Source: Octopus sinensis
Lineage: Eukaryota
DNA: 64,000 nt
NCBI RefSeq assembly: GCF_006345805.1
Contig: NC_043016.1
Span: forward strand, 17,422,001-17,486,000
Direction of reading: 5' to 3'
Part shown: in pieces, positions 12,240 to 24,906 of the stretch
Position numbering within the stretch: position 1 is the stretch's first letter
Layout of the letters: every line of letters starts with the position of its first letter
Notes under the pieces: generated by a model
What the model saw: only the letters and a program-made list of their open reading frames with translations
What the model was told of the DNA's origin: nothing
The model's database searches: none
Position numbers and translations under genes: made by a program

Positions 12240-12753
12240 TGATATGTTAAAATATTGAGTTTTTCTCGAATTTTGTCTTAATGGGGGTGAAATTGAAAGA
12301 AATATATTATGGCATGAGCGAATGGAGTACTTTGAAAAATCTTAGGTAAATTCTAATTGAAGAATTTGTGTAGGATTAAATGGTTATGTATTTATTTGTT
12401 TCTGTTTGCTGTGTTTTTTTATTTTTTGAGTAGTGGTTTAAACACTTTCAGTTTTAGTCTTCCTCAAATCACTCTGTCGCTATTTTACTTTCATTTTATT
12501 CGTTCCCACTGTGTGTGTGCGTTTGCGTGTGGTGAAACCAGACTAAGAAAAGCATTTGGCACACACACCAGAATGTGAGTTTTCTGTAAATTTTGCTTAA
12601 TTGGAGTTTAAATTTTAAAAACTGGACCTGGCATGACGCGATGCATTGTACTCTTAAAAATGCTAGGTAAATTGTAATTGAAGAAATCCTATATTGTAGA
12701 TTTGTATAACTCCCAAAGGGAGGCAGATAAAATCTGCCTTTTATAATAAGAGA
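12240..12753 (-). mobile_element. Helitron-like 5' portion with degenerate internal repeat
   Basis: Minus strand A|TCTCTTATTATAAAAGGCAGAT start, subterminal palindrome AGGCAGAT-AAA-ATCTGCCT; no own CTAG end seen. Confidence 0.45.
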
Positions 12754-12844
12754 TAAATTATTTACATGTTATCGTTACATTAGGATATTTTTTATTATTA
12801 AATAAAAATTTCATCAGCTATTCTCTATTATTGATGACTTTATA

Positions 12845-13215
12845 CATACACACATGCATACTAATACATACATACATACATACATACACACATACATACA
12901 TACATACATACATACATACATACATACAAACATACATACAAACATACATACATACATACATACATACATACAAACATACATACAAACATACATACATACA
13001 CACATGCATACATAATACATATATACATACATACATACACACATACATACATACATACATACATACATACATACATACATACATACATACATACATACAT
13101 ACAAACATACATACAAACATACATACATACATACATACATACATACATACATACATACATACAAACATACATACAAACATACATACATACATACATACAT
13201 ACATACATACATACA

Positions 13216-13270
<55 letters not shown>
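12845..13270. repeat. (TACA)n / (TA)n microsatellite
   Basis: Direct reading; one of many such tracts (also ~9520-9850, 23880-24135, 56830-57070). Confidence 0.95.
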
Positions 13271-13288
13271 TACATACATTGATGATGA

Positions 13289-13340
13289 TTGATTGATTTA
13301 GTTTCAGCTCATTGAGCTGTGGCCATGCTGGGGCACCGCC
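13289..13340 (-). mobile_element. ~50-bp tail-only element with (AATC)n tail
   Basis: Reverse complement of 43811-43865 (GGTGCCCCAGCATGGCCACAGCTCA.TGAGCTGAAACTA-(AATC)n). Confidence 0.55.
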
Positions 13341-14665
13341 ATATATAACATACATATAAGAGGGAATTACCACTATGTGGAAACCCTTATGCTAGAAGAA
13401 GATCCGCTATGGTCTTACCACTAAGAAATGCTCTCTAGAAAATTTAGCAAACACCAGAAACGTAAGAGAGCAGGACAAATGAAAAGTAACAAAAATATAG
13501 ATTAATCATAAACAATGTTTCACTATCAACAAATTACGTAATTTTACTTACGCAATTTATCTGTAGATCTTCAGTATGATCGTCTATAACAAATATAATT
13601 TGCAGAACTACAAACCAGACATCAAAACGAGGTCGAATATATATGCAGTTCTACCTATTACACTTGTGGTTATTTTTCAAAAATCTTCGTTTTGGCGGAA
13701 ATAATACTGCATAAAATAATTTACTGCAGTAGCCTTTACCGGTTTGAGAACGTATTAATTTAAAATTAAATGAGGGTGAAAAATTTGATATTAATTTGAT
13801 AACATCAATTTAACACCAGTGATAGAACACACATATATATGCTTTCGGTGCGAATGGGTTTTTATACGGCGCCGTTTTTACAATCCTGTGAATAATAATA
13901 ATGGTATTTTTATATGAACTTAAAGTTTATGGCGATCAGAATAGCAAAAACAAAGTCAGTAATTAAAACAGAATATAATAGAAGTAAGCCTCAAATTTAA
14001 ATCAGCCGGGAACGATGTTTCCTGGGGCTAAACAATAGTAGCAATCGTCTCTTTACTTTAAAGAACTGTTAATGAATATCTCTGAGAGACTTAGAAATAA
14101 TAATGTTTCTATTTTATTGGATCAGTGAGTGTGTCACTTTGAAAACTATATATTCTCGAACGGTGAATTCAGCAACGCCACCTAGCCAAGCAGTTTACTC
14201 GGTAGTTGTGAAAGAGTAATAAGCCAGAAACCGGTCCACAGATGTTGTTTTGTGCTGGACGGAAGTGCTGAAGTCCCTCTTCGAAAATACAAGAACACAG
14301 ATCATGCGTCGTGTAGCCAGCTGGAAACGATGTTTCCTGGGGCTAAACGGCAGTAGCAATCGTCCCCTTCCAGGACAGCCACATTATGTTGGCATATAGT
14401 CTTTACTTAAAAAAATTATTGTTCAGATAAAAATAAACAAACAAATAAAACATTACAGAGGAGAAAAGGAAAAGAAAAGAGAGGAGGAAAAGAAAGAAAG
14501 TAAGAAAGACCAGGGAGAAATGAAAAAGCAGAAAAGAGAAAAAGTAATTTTCTAGTAAGGTGATGGGGTTTGAGGAGCGGGTGATGACAACGTTACATAT
14601 GTTGTATGATGTATCGAATATAGCTTGTAGCGAAGTGGAAGAGGAGGTGAAAGTTGATAGCTTGG

Positions 14666-14696
<31 letters not shown>

Positions 14697-14918
14697 TAAT
14701 CTCATCTCGCATATAATTTCTTTCTTTCCTTTCTTTCTTTCTTTCTCATTGTCTCCCGAGACAGAAAGGATGCCAACAACATTCATCTATACATACGTCC
14801 ATATATATATATACATCCCATGGACAAGAGTAAAAAGCCTCGAAACACCGATCACTTGGCTTCTTGATAGATGGTTACACTGAACAAAGCGAGTGTTTTC
14901 ACACCGTTTTACCATAAG

Positions 14919-14953
<35 letters not shown>

Positions 14954-14980
14954 ATATATATAATATATATATATATATAT

Positions 14981-15110
14981 TATATATAGAGGGCATTATT
15001 ATACATACATGCCACACGCTAAGAGGGACATTAGTCATTTCTACCAAAAAATGTTACTAATCCTACCCAAAGCGTGTGGCATGTATGTATAATAATGCCC
15101 TCTATATATA
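14981..15110. repeat. Perfect 40-bp inverted repeat with 50-bp spacer, adjacent to (TA)n
   Basis: 14981-15020 is the exact reverse complement of 15071-15110. Confidence 0.9.
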
Positions 15111-15221
15111 AATTAATATGTTCAATAAGAAATAATTATTTTCGAAATTTTTCTCTTATGAGGTTTCACGCTATCTACCTGATAATTTCTTGTTAAGATT
15201 CCTATTAAGAAGTTATCCTTA

Positions 15222-15282
<61 letters not shown>

Positions 15283-15412
15283 TATATCCATACTTACAGT
15301 TGAAAAAGTGTCAATGTCTGAAACCGGTACTGAAATGGTTTTTATAAAAATATTTTAGCATTTTCTACCTTGACTTTTATCCTAATATGATAATAATAAT
15401 AATAATAATAAT

Positions 15413-15452
<40 letters not shown>

Positions 15453-15454
15453 GC

Positions 15455-15527
<73 letters not shown>

Positions 15528-15729
15528 GTGGTAGTAGTAGGGAATATAATTCCAAACTTACAGGGAAAAATTCAATTTAGCTATTCTGAATCAAATTTCA
15601 CAATATATAATATATGTATATAATTAAGAGAAATAACCTCTATTAAGCAATTCAATAGTGAAAGACTTTATCTATATCATATAGAAACATTTAAATATAC
15701 CTTAATAAATATCATACAAAAAATACCAT

Positions 15730-16135
15730 TACATAAACATACGTTCACATGTACATACACATGTACACACACACGGACACGTCTTCACACTCTCCTAAAT
15801 ACTCACATACATACGTAAGTACATGTACTTACATACTTACATGCGTATAGGCATGCGCACATACATGCACACACATACATACATACGCACATGCATACAT
15901 ACATACATACATACATACATGCATACATACATACATGCATACATGCATACATACATACGCACATACATACATGCATACACACATACACTCATACATACGT
16001 ACATATATATCATGAACGAACTGTTACTTTCTCAGAAGCAGCACGGAGTTTTGTCAGTGAAGAGGTCGCGGTCTGAAAGCGACGAAAATATTTGACAAAT
16101 AAATTAAATGTGAGTGAAGTGAATAAACCACTCCA
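15730..16135 (+). mobile_element. Penelope-type terminal repeat family D (copy 2), hammerhead-like fold at 16050-16099
   Basis: Direct repeat of 22950-23320; core reads GTGAAGA and one T is missing before stem I'. Confidence 0.55.
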
Positions 16136-16399
16136 TACGTTGTTTCTATAATAAACGTGGACATTATCATTTGACATGAAAAGGGTCTGCCCTACCAATT
16201 ACCCTTCAACAAAAAGAGTATGCATGCCACCCTATGCTGAGGCTTTAGAAGCAAAGTTTACCCTTACTAAGTCCAAACTCCTGTCAGCTTTCTCTAATTA
16301 CACCCAAAGGCATAAACAAAAACGAACAAAATTAAGACCCATGATCTTGACACCAAAATTAAGAAAGGCCTTAACAAATTAAAATATCGTATAAAAAAA

Positions 16400-17920
16400 T
16401 AGAGAGGTTGCCCCTGGGAGCTCCTCTATGCTGACGACCTTGCTCTCATTGCTGAGTCAAATATCAGACTGGGAGGAGAAAGTTTCCAGGTGTGGAAGGA
16501 GGGTTTAGAATCGAGGGGCCTTAGAGTCAACCTAGTAAAACCAAAAAGAACTAATAAGTAGGAAGGTAGACAATCCACAAATGTCTTCAGGAAGATGGCC
16601 CTGCTAGATCTGTAGAAAAGGGTAGGTAGGAAAAAACTCTATAGGATGCACCCAGTGTAAGCTATGGACACATTAAAAGGTGCAGCAAATGTCAAAGGAA
16701 GGCTACTGGGAAGATAGTTTGTGTATGTGGCAGATGCCCAGGAGCATTAACCTCCGAAAATCTGCCAGAAAACCCAACTTCCGTCACATTCCAAGGGGGA
16801 AAAACTAGAAGTAGTTGATAGCTTCTGTTATCTTGGTGACCAAGTCAGTAGTGGGGGTGGGTGCGCTGAAAGTGTAAATGCTAGAGTAAGAATAGCCTGG
16901 GCAAGTTTAGGGAGCTCTTACTTCTGCTGATGACTAAGCCTCTCGCTCAGAGTAAAAGGCAGACTGTATGATGCATGTGTACGAACAACATGCTACATGG
17001 CAGTGAAACATGGGCTGTGACTGCTGAGGACATGCTAAGCTCGCGAGGATGAAGCTAGTATGCTCCGATGGATGTGTAATGTCAGTGTGCATACTCGACA
17101 GAGCGTTAGTACCCTGAGAGAGAATGTTACCTAAGAAGCATCAGTTTGTGGTGGCAAGAGAGACGATTGCGCTGGTATGTCATGTGGCGAGAATAGATGA
17201 AGATAGGTGTGTGAAAAAGTGCCAATACCTAGCAGTTGAGGGAACCCGTGGAAGAGGTAGACCCAGGAAAACCTGGACGAGGTGGTGAAGCACGGCCTTC
17301 GAACTTTAGGCCTCACTGAGGAAATGACCAGCGTCCTAGACCTTTGGAAATATGCCTGTGCGTGAGAAGACCAGGCAGGACAAGTGAGTCCAGACCACTT
17401 ATGCATGCCCTTCCTCCCTTGGACACACAAGACCCTGTTGAGGCAAGCGAAGTCGATATCGAACTCATCCGACGACAGGCCCCATGCCAACCCCCCTCTG
17501 CTTGCGAAGACCTGTTGGGGCAAGTGAAATCGAAATCGAAATCGAAATCGGAATCGAAATTGAACCAATCCTATGACTGGCACCCGGCAGATACCAGGAC
17601 CCCTGGACTGGTGGTACGTAAAAGGCACTATCCTAATCGTGGCCGATGCCAGTGCCGCCTCGACTGGCTTCCGTGCAGGTGGCACGTAAAATGCACCAAT
17701 CCGACCCGTGGCCGTTGCCAGCCTCGCTGGCACCTGTGCAGGTGGCACGTAAAAGCAACCCCCTAAACTCACGGAGTGGTTAGCGTCAGGAAGGGCATCC
17801 AGCTGTAGAAACACTGCCAGATAAGACTGGAGCCTGGTGCAGCCTTCTGGCTTCCAGATCCCCGGTCGCGAACCATGGTAGCATGGAGAACGGACGTTAA
17901 ACGATGATGATGATGATGAT
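16400..17920 (+). mobile_element. RTE-clade LINE, 5'-truncated, with 3' UTR and (GAT)n tail
   Basis: GCPWELLYADDLAL RT motif, downstream RTE-type C-terminus, GRPRKTW; tail GGAAGGGCATCCAGCTGTAGAAA; many 1-bp indels. Confidence 0.85.
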
Positions 17921-18734
17921 GATATAATATATATATATATATATATATATCTATATATATATATTACCTTTTGAAGGTGGAGTAGCTGAAAGGGAGACAA
18001 CTGGAAAAGAGGAATATTCTATTTGGTAGATGGAAACTGAAAGAAGCCTGTCGTATATGTGTGTGTGTGCGTGTGTTTGAGTGTGTGTGTGTATGTGTGT
18101 GTGTATGTGTGTGTGCATGTATGTGTGTGTGTGTGAGTATGTGCATATGTTTGTGCATCTGTGTTTGTACCCCCAACCACCAACGTCGCTTCACAACCAA
18201 TGCTGGTGTGCTTATGTCCCTCTAACTTAGCGGTTCAGTAAAATAAACTGATTGAATAAGTCCTGGGATTACAAAGTAAAGTCCTGGGGTCGATTTGCTT
18301 GACTAAAGGCAGTGCTCCAGCATGGCCACAGTCAAATGACTGAAGCAAGTAAAAGGATAGATATTATAGATAGTTAAAAATATGTGGGGTCAGGTTGACC
18401 TGGTCAATGGCTGAGCTATTTTCAACAAAGAAGATGATGATGTCAAAGAGCTTAAAACTAAGACATGCAATACATCATCATCACCATCGCCATCATTGCC
18501 TCATCATCATCATAATCGTCATCATCATCATCACAGCTGTGAGAAAAACAAAAACCAAAAATCTCTTATCTCTTACAACATATATATATATGTATGCAAG
18601 AAAAAAGCATTATATATATATATATAATATCTATATATATATATATATATATCTATATATGTATGTGTATTATATATATATATATATATTATATATATAT
18701 ATATATATAATATATATATACACAAATAAATGAA

Positions 18735-19600
18735 AGAATGGAGTTGAACGATTGTCTACTTTACCTACAGAATGCTCCGAACAATTATGATCAGAAGACT
18801 TAAAAACAGATTTAACTAGATTTTTTTAGCAGAATGGGCTTGAGCATAGTTTTCGACGACGAATTAACTAAAGCCAACTTCTTAGATGTTACCCTAAATC
18901 TGCAGAATAATTCTTACTTCCCTTATCATAAGCCTTCTACTAATTTTAAATATATCAGCATTTCAGTAACCATGCCAAAGTATCACCGATAATTAGTTAA
19001 AATATATCCTGAAGACCATCAAATTTATCTGCTAATGTCGACATCTTTAACCAAAAAGCGGAATTTTATAACGCTGCCTTGTCAAAAGCGGTATAGAGAT
19101 AAGGTATTCATATATCGACCCGGCCCTTCTAAACCGATATATGCTCTTCTCAGGATAAAAGCTAATAACATAGAAATAATGTAAATAATGATTTCAGCTC
19201 TAAAACGTCGACACCACTATACTTAACAAAAATATTTACGGACCAGGGGAGGCAATCGTAAACCAACACCAATCTCCAACACAGAAATACTCCCTTTAAT
19301 GTAAATGGTAACATTCTGAACTATTCTAAGTCCCCAAAAAACTATATCTGGTTTGTCATACCTTTCGGGAAACAAATCTGGTCAAACCTTCCTTTACAGT
19401 TCCGTGAAGCCGTAGCTAGGAACTTTCCCAGAAATTCTAGGTATTACTCTACTATCAATTCGCATAAGGTAAGGATTGCATTCTCCAACACTAGAAATCT
19501 ATCGCAAATTATTGCCTCCCATAATAACAAGCTGCTAAATAAGGATTCTTCACCCGGGAGTTACGACACTGCTCTTATCAATTCCAACCAAACATACAAT
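18735..19600 (+). mobile_element. Penelope-like element RT C-terminal/thumb fragment
   Basis: ANFLDVTLNLQNNSYFPYHKP, IFNQKAEFYNAAL, YIWFVIPF, HKVRIAFSNTRNLSQIIASHN. Confidence 0.8.
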
Positions 19601-20471
19601 AATAATAATAATAGAAATAGTATTGATAATAGCAACATTCATAGCAGCGTTGGCATTAACAATAATAATATTAGTTGGATTATTAACAGATTAGTGTTAG
19701 TGGTAGTAACGATAGCATTTCTAATAACAGTGGTAGTATTGATGATAACAACCCCAACATTCCTATAGTCAGGGAAATTACAGACGATAATACAATTAAT
19801 AGTAATGATAATAATATGAATAGTATTGTGGTCAATGCTAGCAATAATATTAACAACAATCATAACAATAAAAACTCCGTCTTAGACTCGGAGGTAAACC
19901 CTAACAGACGCCACAAAATGTTCTGCCTTTATCAAACGGAAAGGATACAGACAATATGGACCATGGGTCGTCGTTTTGTTAGAGCTGAATCATTATTTAC
20001 ATTATTTCTATTGTTATTAGCTTTCTTATCTGAGAAGCATATATCGGTTTAGAATGGACCGGTCGTCTATGATTGATACCTTATCTCTATAACCGGCTTT
20101 TGACAAGGCAGCGTTATAAAATTCCGCTTTTAGCAGATAAATTTGATGGTCTTAAGGATATATTTTAAACTAAATTATCGGTGATACTTTTGGCATGGTT
20201 ACTGAAAATGCTGATATATTTAAGATTAGTAGAAGGCTTATGATAAGGGAAGTAAGAATTATTCTGCAGATAGGGTAACATCTAAGAAGTTGGCTTTTAG
20301 TTAATTCGTCGTCGAAAACTATGCTCAAGCCAATTCTGCTAATCTAAAAATCTAGTTAATCTGTTTTTTAGTCTTTCTGTATATATTGTTCGGAGCATTC
20401 TGTAGGTAAAGTAGACAATCGTTCAACTCCATTCTTCATTTATTGTATATATATATATATATAACACATAC

Positions 20472-20525
<54 letters not shown>

Positions 20526-20774
20526 GCTTTATTCTTGCATACATATATATATATGTTGTAAGGGATAAGAGATATTTTTGGTTTTTCTCACAGCTGTGAT
20601 GATGATGATGACGATTATGATGATGACGATTATTATGATGTGGCAATGATGATGGCGATGGTGATGATGATGATATTTGCATGTCTTAGTTTTAAGCTCT
20701 TTGACATCATCATCTTCTTTGTTGAAAATAGCTCAGCCATTGACCAGGTCAACCTGACCCCACATATTTTTTAA

Positions 20775-20854
<80 letters not shown>

Positions 20855-20855
<1 letters not shown>

Positions 20856-21262
20856 CTTTCTTGTTTCAGTCATTTGACTGTGGTCATGCTGGAGCACTGC
20901 CTTTAGTCAGGCAAATCGACCCCAGGACTTTACTTTGTAAGCCCAGTACTTATTCAATCAGTTGCTTTTGCTGAACCGCTAAGTTAGAGGGACATAAGCA
21001 CACCAGCATTGGTTGTGAAGCGACGTTGGTGGTTGGGGGTACAAACACAGATGCACAAACATATACACATACTCACACACATACACATACATGCACACAC
21101 ACATACACGCACACACACATACACACACACACATATACGACAGGCTTCTTTCAGTTTCCATCTACCAAATCCAGTCACAAGGCTTTGGTTGGCCCAAGGC
21201 TGCGCACTGGGACTGATCCTGGAACCATGTAGTTGGTAAGCAAGCTACTTACCACACAGCCA
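20855..21262 (-). mobile_element. Bipartite SINE (in the right arm of the inversion; partial counterpart at 18018-18350)
   Basis: Both halves separated by a CA microsatellite. Confidence 0.8.
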
Positions 21263-21264
21263 GG

Positions 21265-21297
<33 letters not shown>

Positions 21298-21504
21298 TCT
21301 CTGTATATACATGTATATATGGGTACAGGACATCACAAAAAAAAAAACGTTGAATACAATGAGAAACAAAAACATAAAAACAAAAACATAGAACGACTTT
21401 TTTTCAAACAACGAAAAAACAAACAGAGAAACGAGACACACAAGATAAAGAATATTCCTCTTTTTCAGTTGTCTCCCTTTCAGCTACTCCACGTTCCGAA
21501 GGTA

Positions 21505-21565
<61 letters not shown>

Positions 21566-22575
21566 ATATCATCATCATTATCATCATCGTTTAACGTCCG
21601 TTCTCCATGCTAGCATGGGTTCGAACGGGGATCTGGGAACCAGAAGGCTGCACCAGGCTCCAGTCTGTTCTGGCAGTGTTTCTACAGCCGGATGCCCTTC
21701 CTAACGCCAACCACTCCGTGAGTGTAGTGGTTGCTTTTTACGTGCCACCTGCACAGGTGCCAGGCGAGGCTGGCAATGGCCACGGTCGGATTGGTGCATT
21801 TTACGTGCCACCGGCACGGAAGCCAGTCGAGGCGGCACTGGCATCGGCCACGATTCGGATAGTGCTTTTTACGTATCTCCAGTCCAGGGGTCCTGGCATC
21901 TGCCGGGTGCCAGTCATAGGATTGGTTCAATTTCGATTTCGATTTCACTTGCCCCAACAGGTCTTCGCAAGCAGAGGGGGGGTTGGCATGGGTGCGTGTC
22001 GTCGGATGAGGTTCCATATGGACTACGCTTGCCTCAACAGGTCTTTGTGTGTCCAAGGGAGGAAAGGCATGCATAAGCACACACGCACACATACACTAAG
22101 TTAAGCACAGTTTCTCGCCACACACCCAAACTCCACGCATACACGCAAAAACACACACGTACACACACACATACTACAAACATAACACATACACGATACA
22201 TATACATACACGCACACACACATACCTCTTTGTTTTTGACCTGCGATTGGACTCACAACACCACTCCTTAATTCTTACTACTGGCCTGCTAGCAGTCGTT
22301 CGCCATACGCACACACACACGCACACACACACAGACGTGTCATCATTGCACACATACACACACACGCGCGCACCGCTGACCTCCCCGCACGCACTACACC
22401 TACACACATACCCCCCTCACTTTCTTTACCTTACTGTCTTTGATATAGCTCTCCTGTCTTTTAAAAACATTATTCTTCTACCTTTACCACTTCCGTCTTT
22501 TAGTATGTGACCTCGTCTGTATCACTAGCGATTTTTTCCCCTGTCTTCCCTTCTCGGGATCTTTCCTTCTCCTAT

Positions 22576-22610
22576 GTTTCCGACGAAGAGCTCCGCTCGA
22601 AACGTCGAAC
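22576..22610 (+). ncRNA. Minimal type I hammerhead ribozyme (U4C), family A
   Basis: GTTT/GAAC stem I; CCGACGA; extra A; GAGC/GCTC; GAA-ACGT-C, site at 22606. Confidence 0.65.
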
Positions 22611-22949
22611 CCTCCTTCTTCCCTTCTTTCCTGAGCGTCCAATAATACTTTATTTGTTCCACGTCCTTGCGTTGTTGTTTTTTTTGTTTTTGTTTTCTTG
22701 TTTGGATTAAGTATATATATATATATATATGTGTGTGTATACATATAGGTATATATGTATAAGGTTATATGTGCATATATGTATCTAAGACGTTGTATCC
22801 ATTCACCATTAGACGATGGTGAGAGGGACAAACGCACACACACACATATATATATATATGTGTGTGTGTCTATATAAATGTATATGTGTGTATGTATACA
22901 ACCTTCAACAAGGTAAGTCATGTATAGAACTTGAACTGACACTTATCAT

Positions 22950-23362
22950 CACATAAACATACGTTCACATGTACATACACATGTACACACACATCCCGTC
23001 TACACACTCTACTAAATACTCACATATGTAGGCATGCACACATACATGCGCACATATATGTACACACATGTATTCATACATACATACATACATACATACA
23101 TACATACATACATACATACATACATACATACATACTTACATACATACATACGCACATACATACATACACACATACATACGTACATATATATCATGAACTA
23201 ACTGTTACTTTCTCAGATGCAGCACGAAGTTTTGTCAGTGAACAGGTCGCGGTCTGAAAGCGACGAAAATATTTTGACAAATTAAATTTAAATGTTGAAG
23301 TGAATCTAACGGCTTTTGTGTGTTTCTTAAATGGCTTATAAACACCTCCCACGCTGCAATTA
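22950..23362 (+). mobile_element. Penelope-type terminal repeat family D (copy 3)
   Basis: Homologous to 184-335 and 15730-16135; a Helitron sits at its 3' end. Confidence 0.55.
23231..23281 (+). ncRNA. Hammerhead-like ribozyme with G3-C8 swapped core
   Basis: 7-bp stem I TTTGTCA/TGACAAA; GTGAACA; extra G; GTCGC/GCGAC; GAA; palindromic AATATT; U17 at 23274. Confidence 0.6.
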
Positions 23363-23872
23363 TCTATATATATAAAACTGTAGTTGCGTGAGTGTCTGTC
23401 CCCTTCGATTTAGATTCCTAACTACTCCACATTTTGCGGTGCAGTTTAACCAAATTCGGGTATCTTATAGTCGTTATTCATATCGAGCCCAGTCTGTGTA
23501 GTAGCGCGCATCTACGATGAGTCTACGATTTAAAAATAATTTAACATAATTTTTTATTCCTTTTTAATGCATAATTTTTCGTGTGTCGATGGCGGGCGGT
23601 TTGGCGTCCATGGTCACGCCTGCACCTGTTTGCTTCTCCCCTTCTTCCCTCCTCGTGAAGCTGTGGGGAAGGGAGTGTAAGGAAATCAACGTCGTAAAGC
23701 GTTGTCAAGGAGACCAGCGTTCTTTTAGAACAACGACTTCATGGCTTGAAGACACCAAAACAGAAATGGCTAAGAAAGCCCGAATTGGCATCTATAAGGG
23801 AAGTAACTCTCTAAAAATACTTATATAGTTATTTCCCTTACAAACCCGAGCAACGCCGGGCGATACTGCTAG
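23363..23872 (+). mobile_element. Non-autonomous Helitron with extra internal segment
   Basis: A|TC start, CCCGAGCAACGCCGGG hairpin, CTAG|T end; ~210 bp (23581-23790) absent from the 8018 and 11209 copies. Confidence 0.85.
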
Positions 23873-24300
23873 TTATATATATATATGTATGTATGTATGT
23901 GTGTATGTATGTATGTATGTATGTATGTATGTATGTATGTATGTATGTATGTATGTATGTGTGTATGTATGTGTGTATGTATGTATGTATGTATGTATGT
24001 ATGTATGTATGTATGTATGTATGTATGTATGTATGTGTGTATGTATATGTATGTGTGTATGTATGTGTGTATTTATGTATGTATGTATGTATATGTATCT
24101 ATGTATCTATGCATGCATGTATGTATATGTGTATGTATGGTCAATTTTAACCCACGCTGGTGGAAAGGGGAGAGCAGAAATTCTTCGCTTGCATATTCGA
24201 ATTTGATAGCACTTTTAGTTCGAGCAGAATTCTAGAGGTGATTAGACCGAAAGGGTATGCTCCCGACTTTCAGTGTTCCCAAATCCGATTCAAGGAATTC

Positions 24301-24351
24301 TGAGCTGAGAAAGAAATGTCGAATTGACTAATCTAGAAACGTACGTTCTCA
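24301..24351 (+). ncRNA. Hammerhead fold, unit 1 (core lacks one A)
   Basis: TGAG/CTCA stem I; CTGAGA; GAA-ACGTACGT-T. Confidence 0.45.
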
Positions 24352-24854
24352 AATAACTTTGCTTTGCACTTGATTTTTTAATGTTTTTTCCCCCATACTT
24401 TTGTGAGTTATTTAGGCAAACACTATATAGAGAGATCTTCTTTAAGTATTAGAAATAGCTGAAGAAATTTCTTTAGCTGCTATTTCTAATGAGTTCAGTA
24501 TGTGGCAAAGTAATTTATTTTACTAAGCCCTTATATATAATGTAATATTTTGAATTCGCCTATAATGGTCCCTTTACATACTGAATACTTGGTGAAATTG
24601 ATTAATATTAATTATTTTACCCTCAATTGTTGAAATTATAATTCATCTTTCTCTCTAAATGCTGCGGTTTTCACCGTTAATACATGGTGTTTGTCAATTT
24701 TAACCCACGCTTTGGAAAGGGGAGAGCAGAAATTCTTCGCTTGCATATTCGAATTTGATAGCACTTTTAGTTCGAGCAGAATTCTAGAGGTGATTAGAAG
24801 CCGAAAGGGTATGCTCCCGACTTTCAGTGTTCCCAAATCCGATTCAAGGAATTC

Positions 24855-24906
24855 TGAGCTGAAGAAAGAAATGTCGAATTGACTAATCTAGAAACGTACG
24901 TTCTCA
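24855..24906 (+). ncRNA. Minimal type I hammerhead ribozyme, unit 2
   Basis: TGAG/CTCA; CTGAAGA; interrupted stem II AGA/TCT + GTC/GAC; GAA; perfect palindrome ACGTACGT; GUU site at 24902. Confidence 0.65.

Larger units (their letters stand above)
17395..22080. repeat. Large inverted duplication (arms ~17395-19215 and ~19965-22080, ~750-bp spacer)
   Basis: RTE UTR, SINE half, unique sequence and PLE fragment all recur in reverse complement. Confidence 0.85.

Noticed and set aside
14011-14364. 39-bp direct repeat pair 315 bp apart with GAAAC on the minus strand, hammerhead-like at first sight
   Set aside because: Core reads GAGACGA/GGGACGA and there are 5 extra nt before GAAA; too many deviations. 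The repeat itself is real but unexplained.
17131-18000. 289-aa minus-strand ORF (and 21607-22104)
   Set aside because: Antisense reading of an RTE 3' UTR and microsatellite; no protein motif
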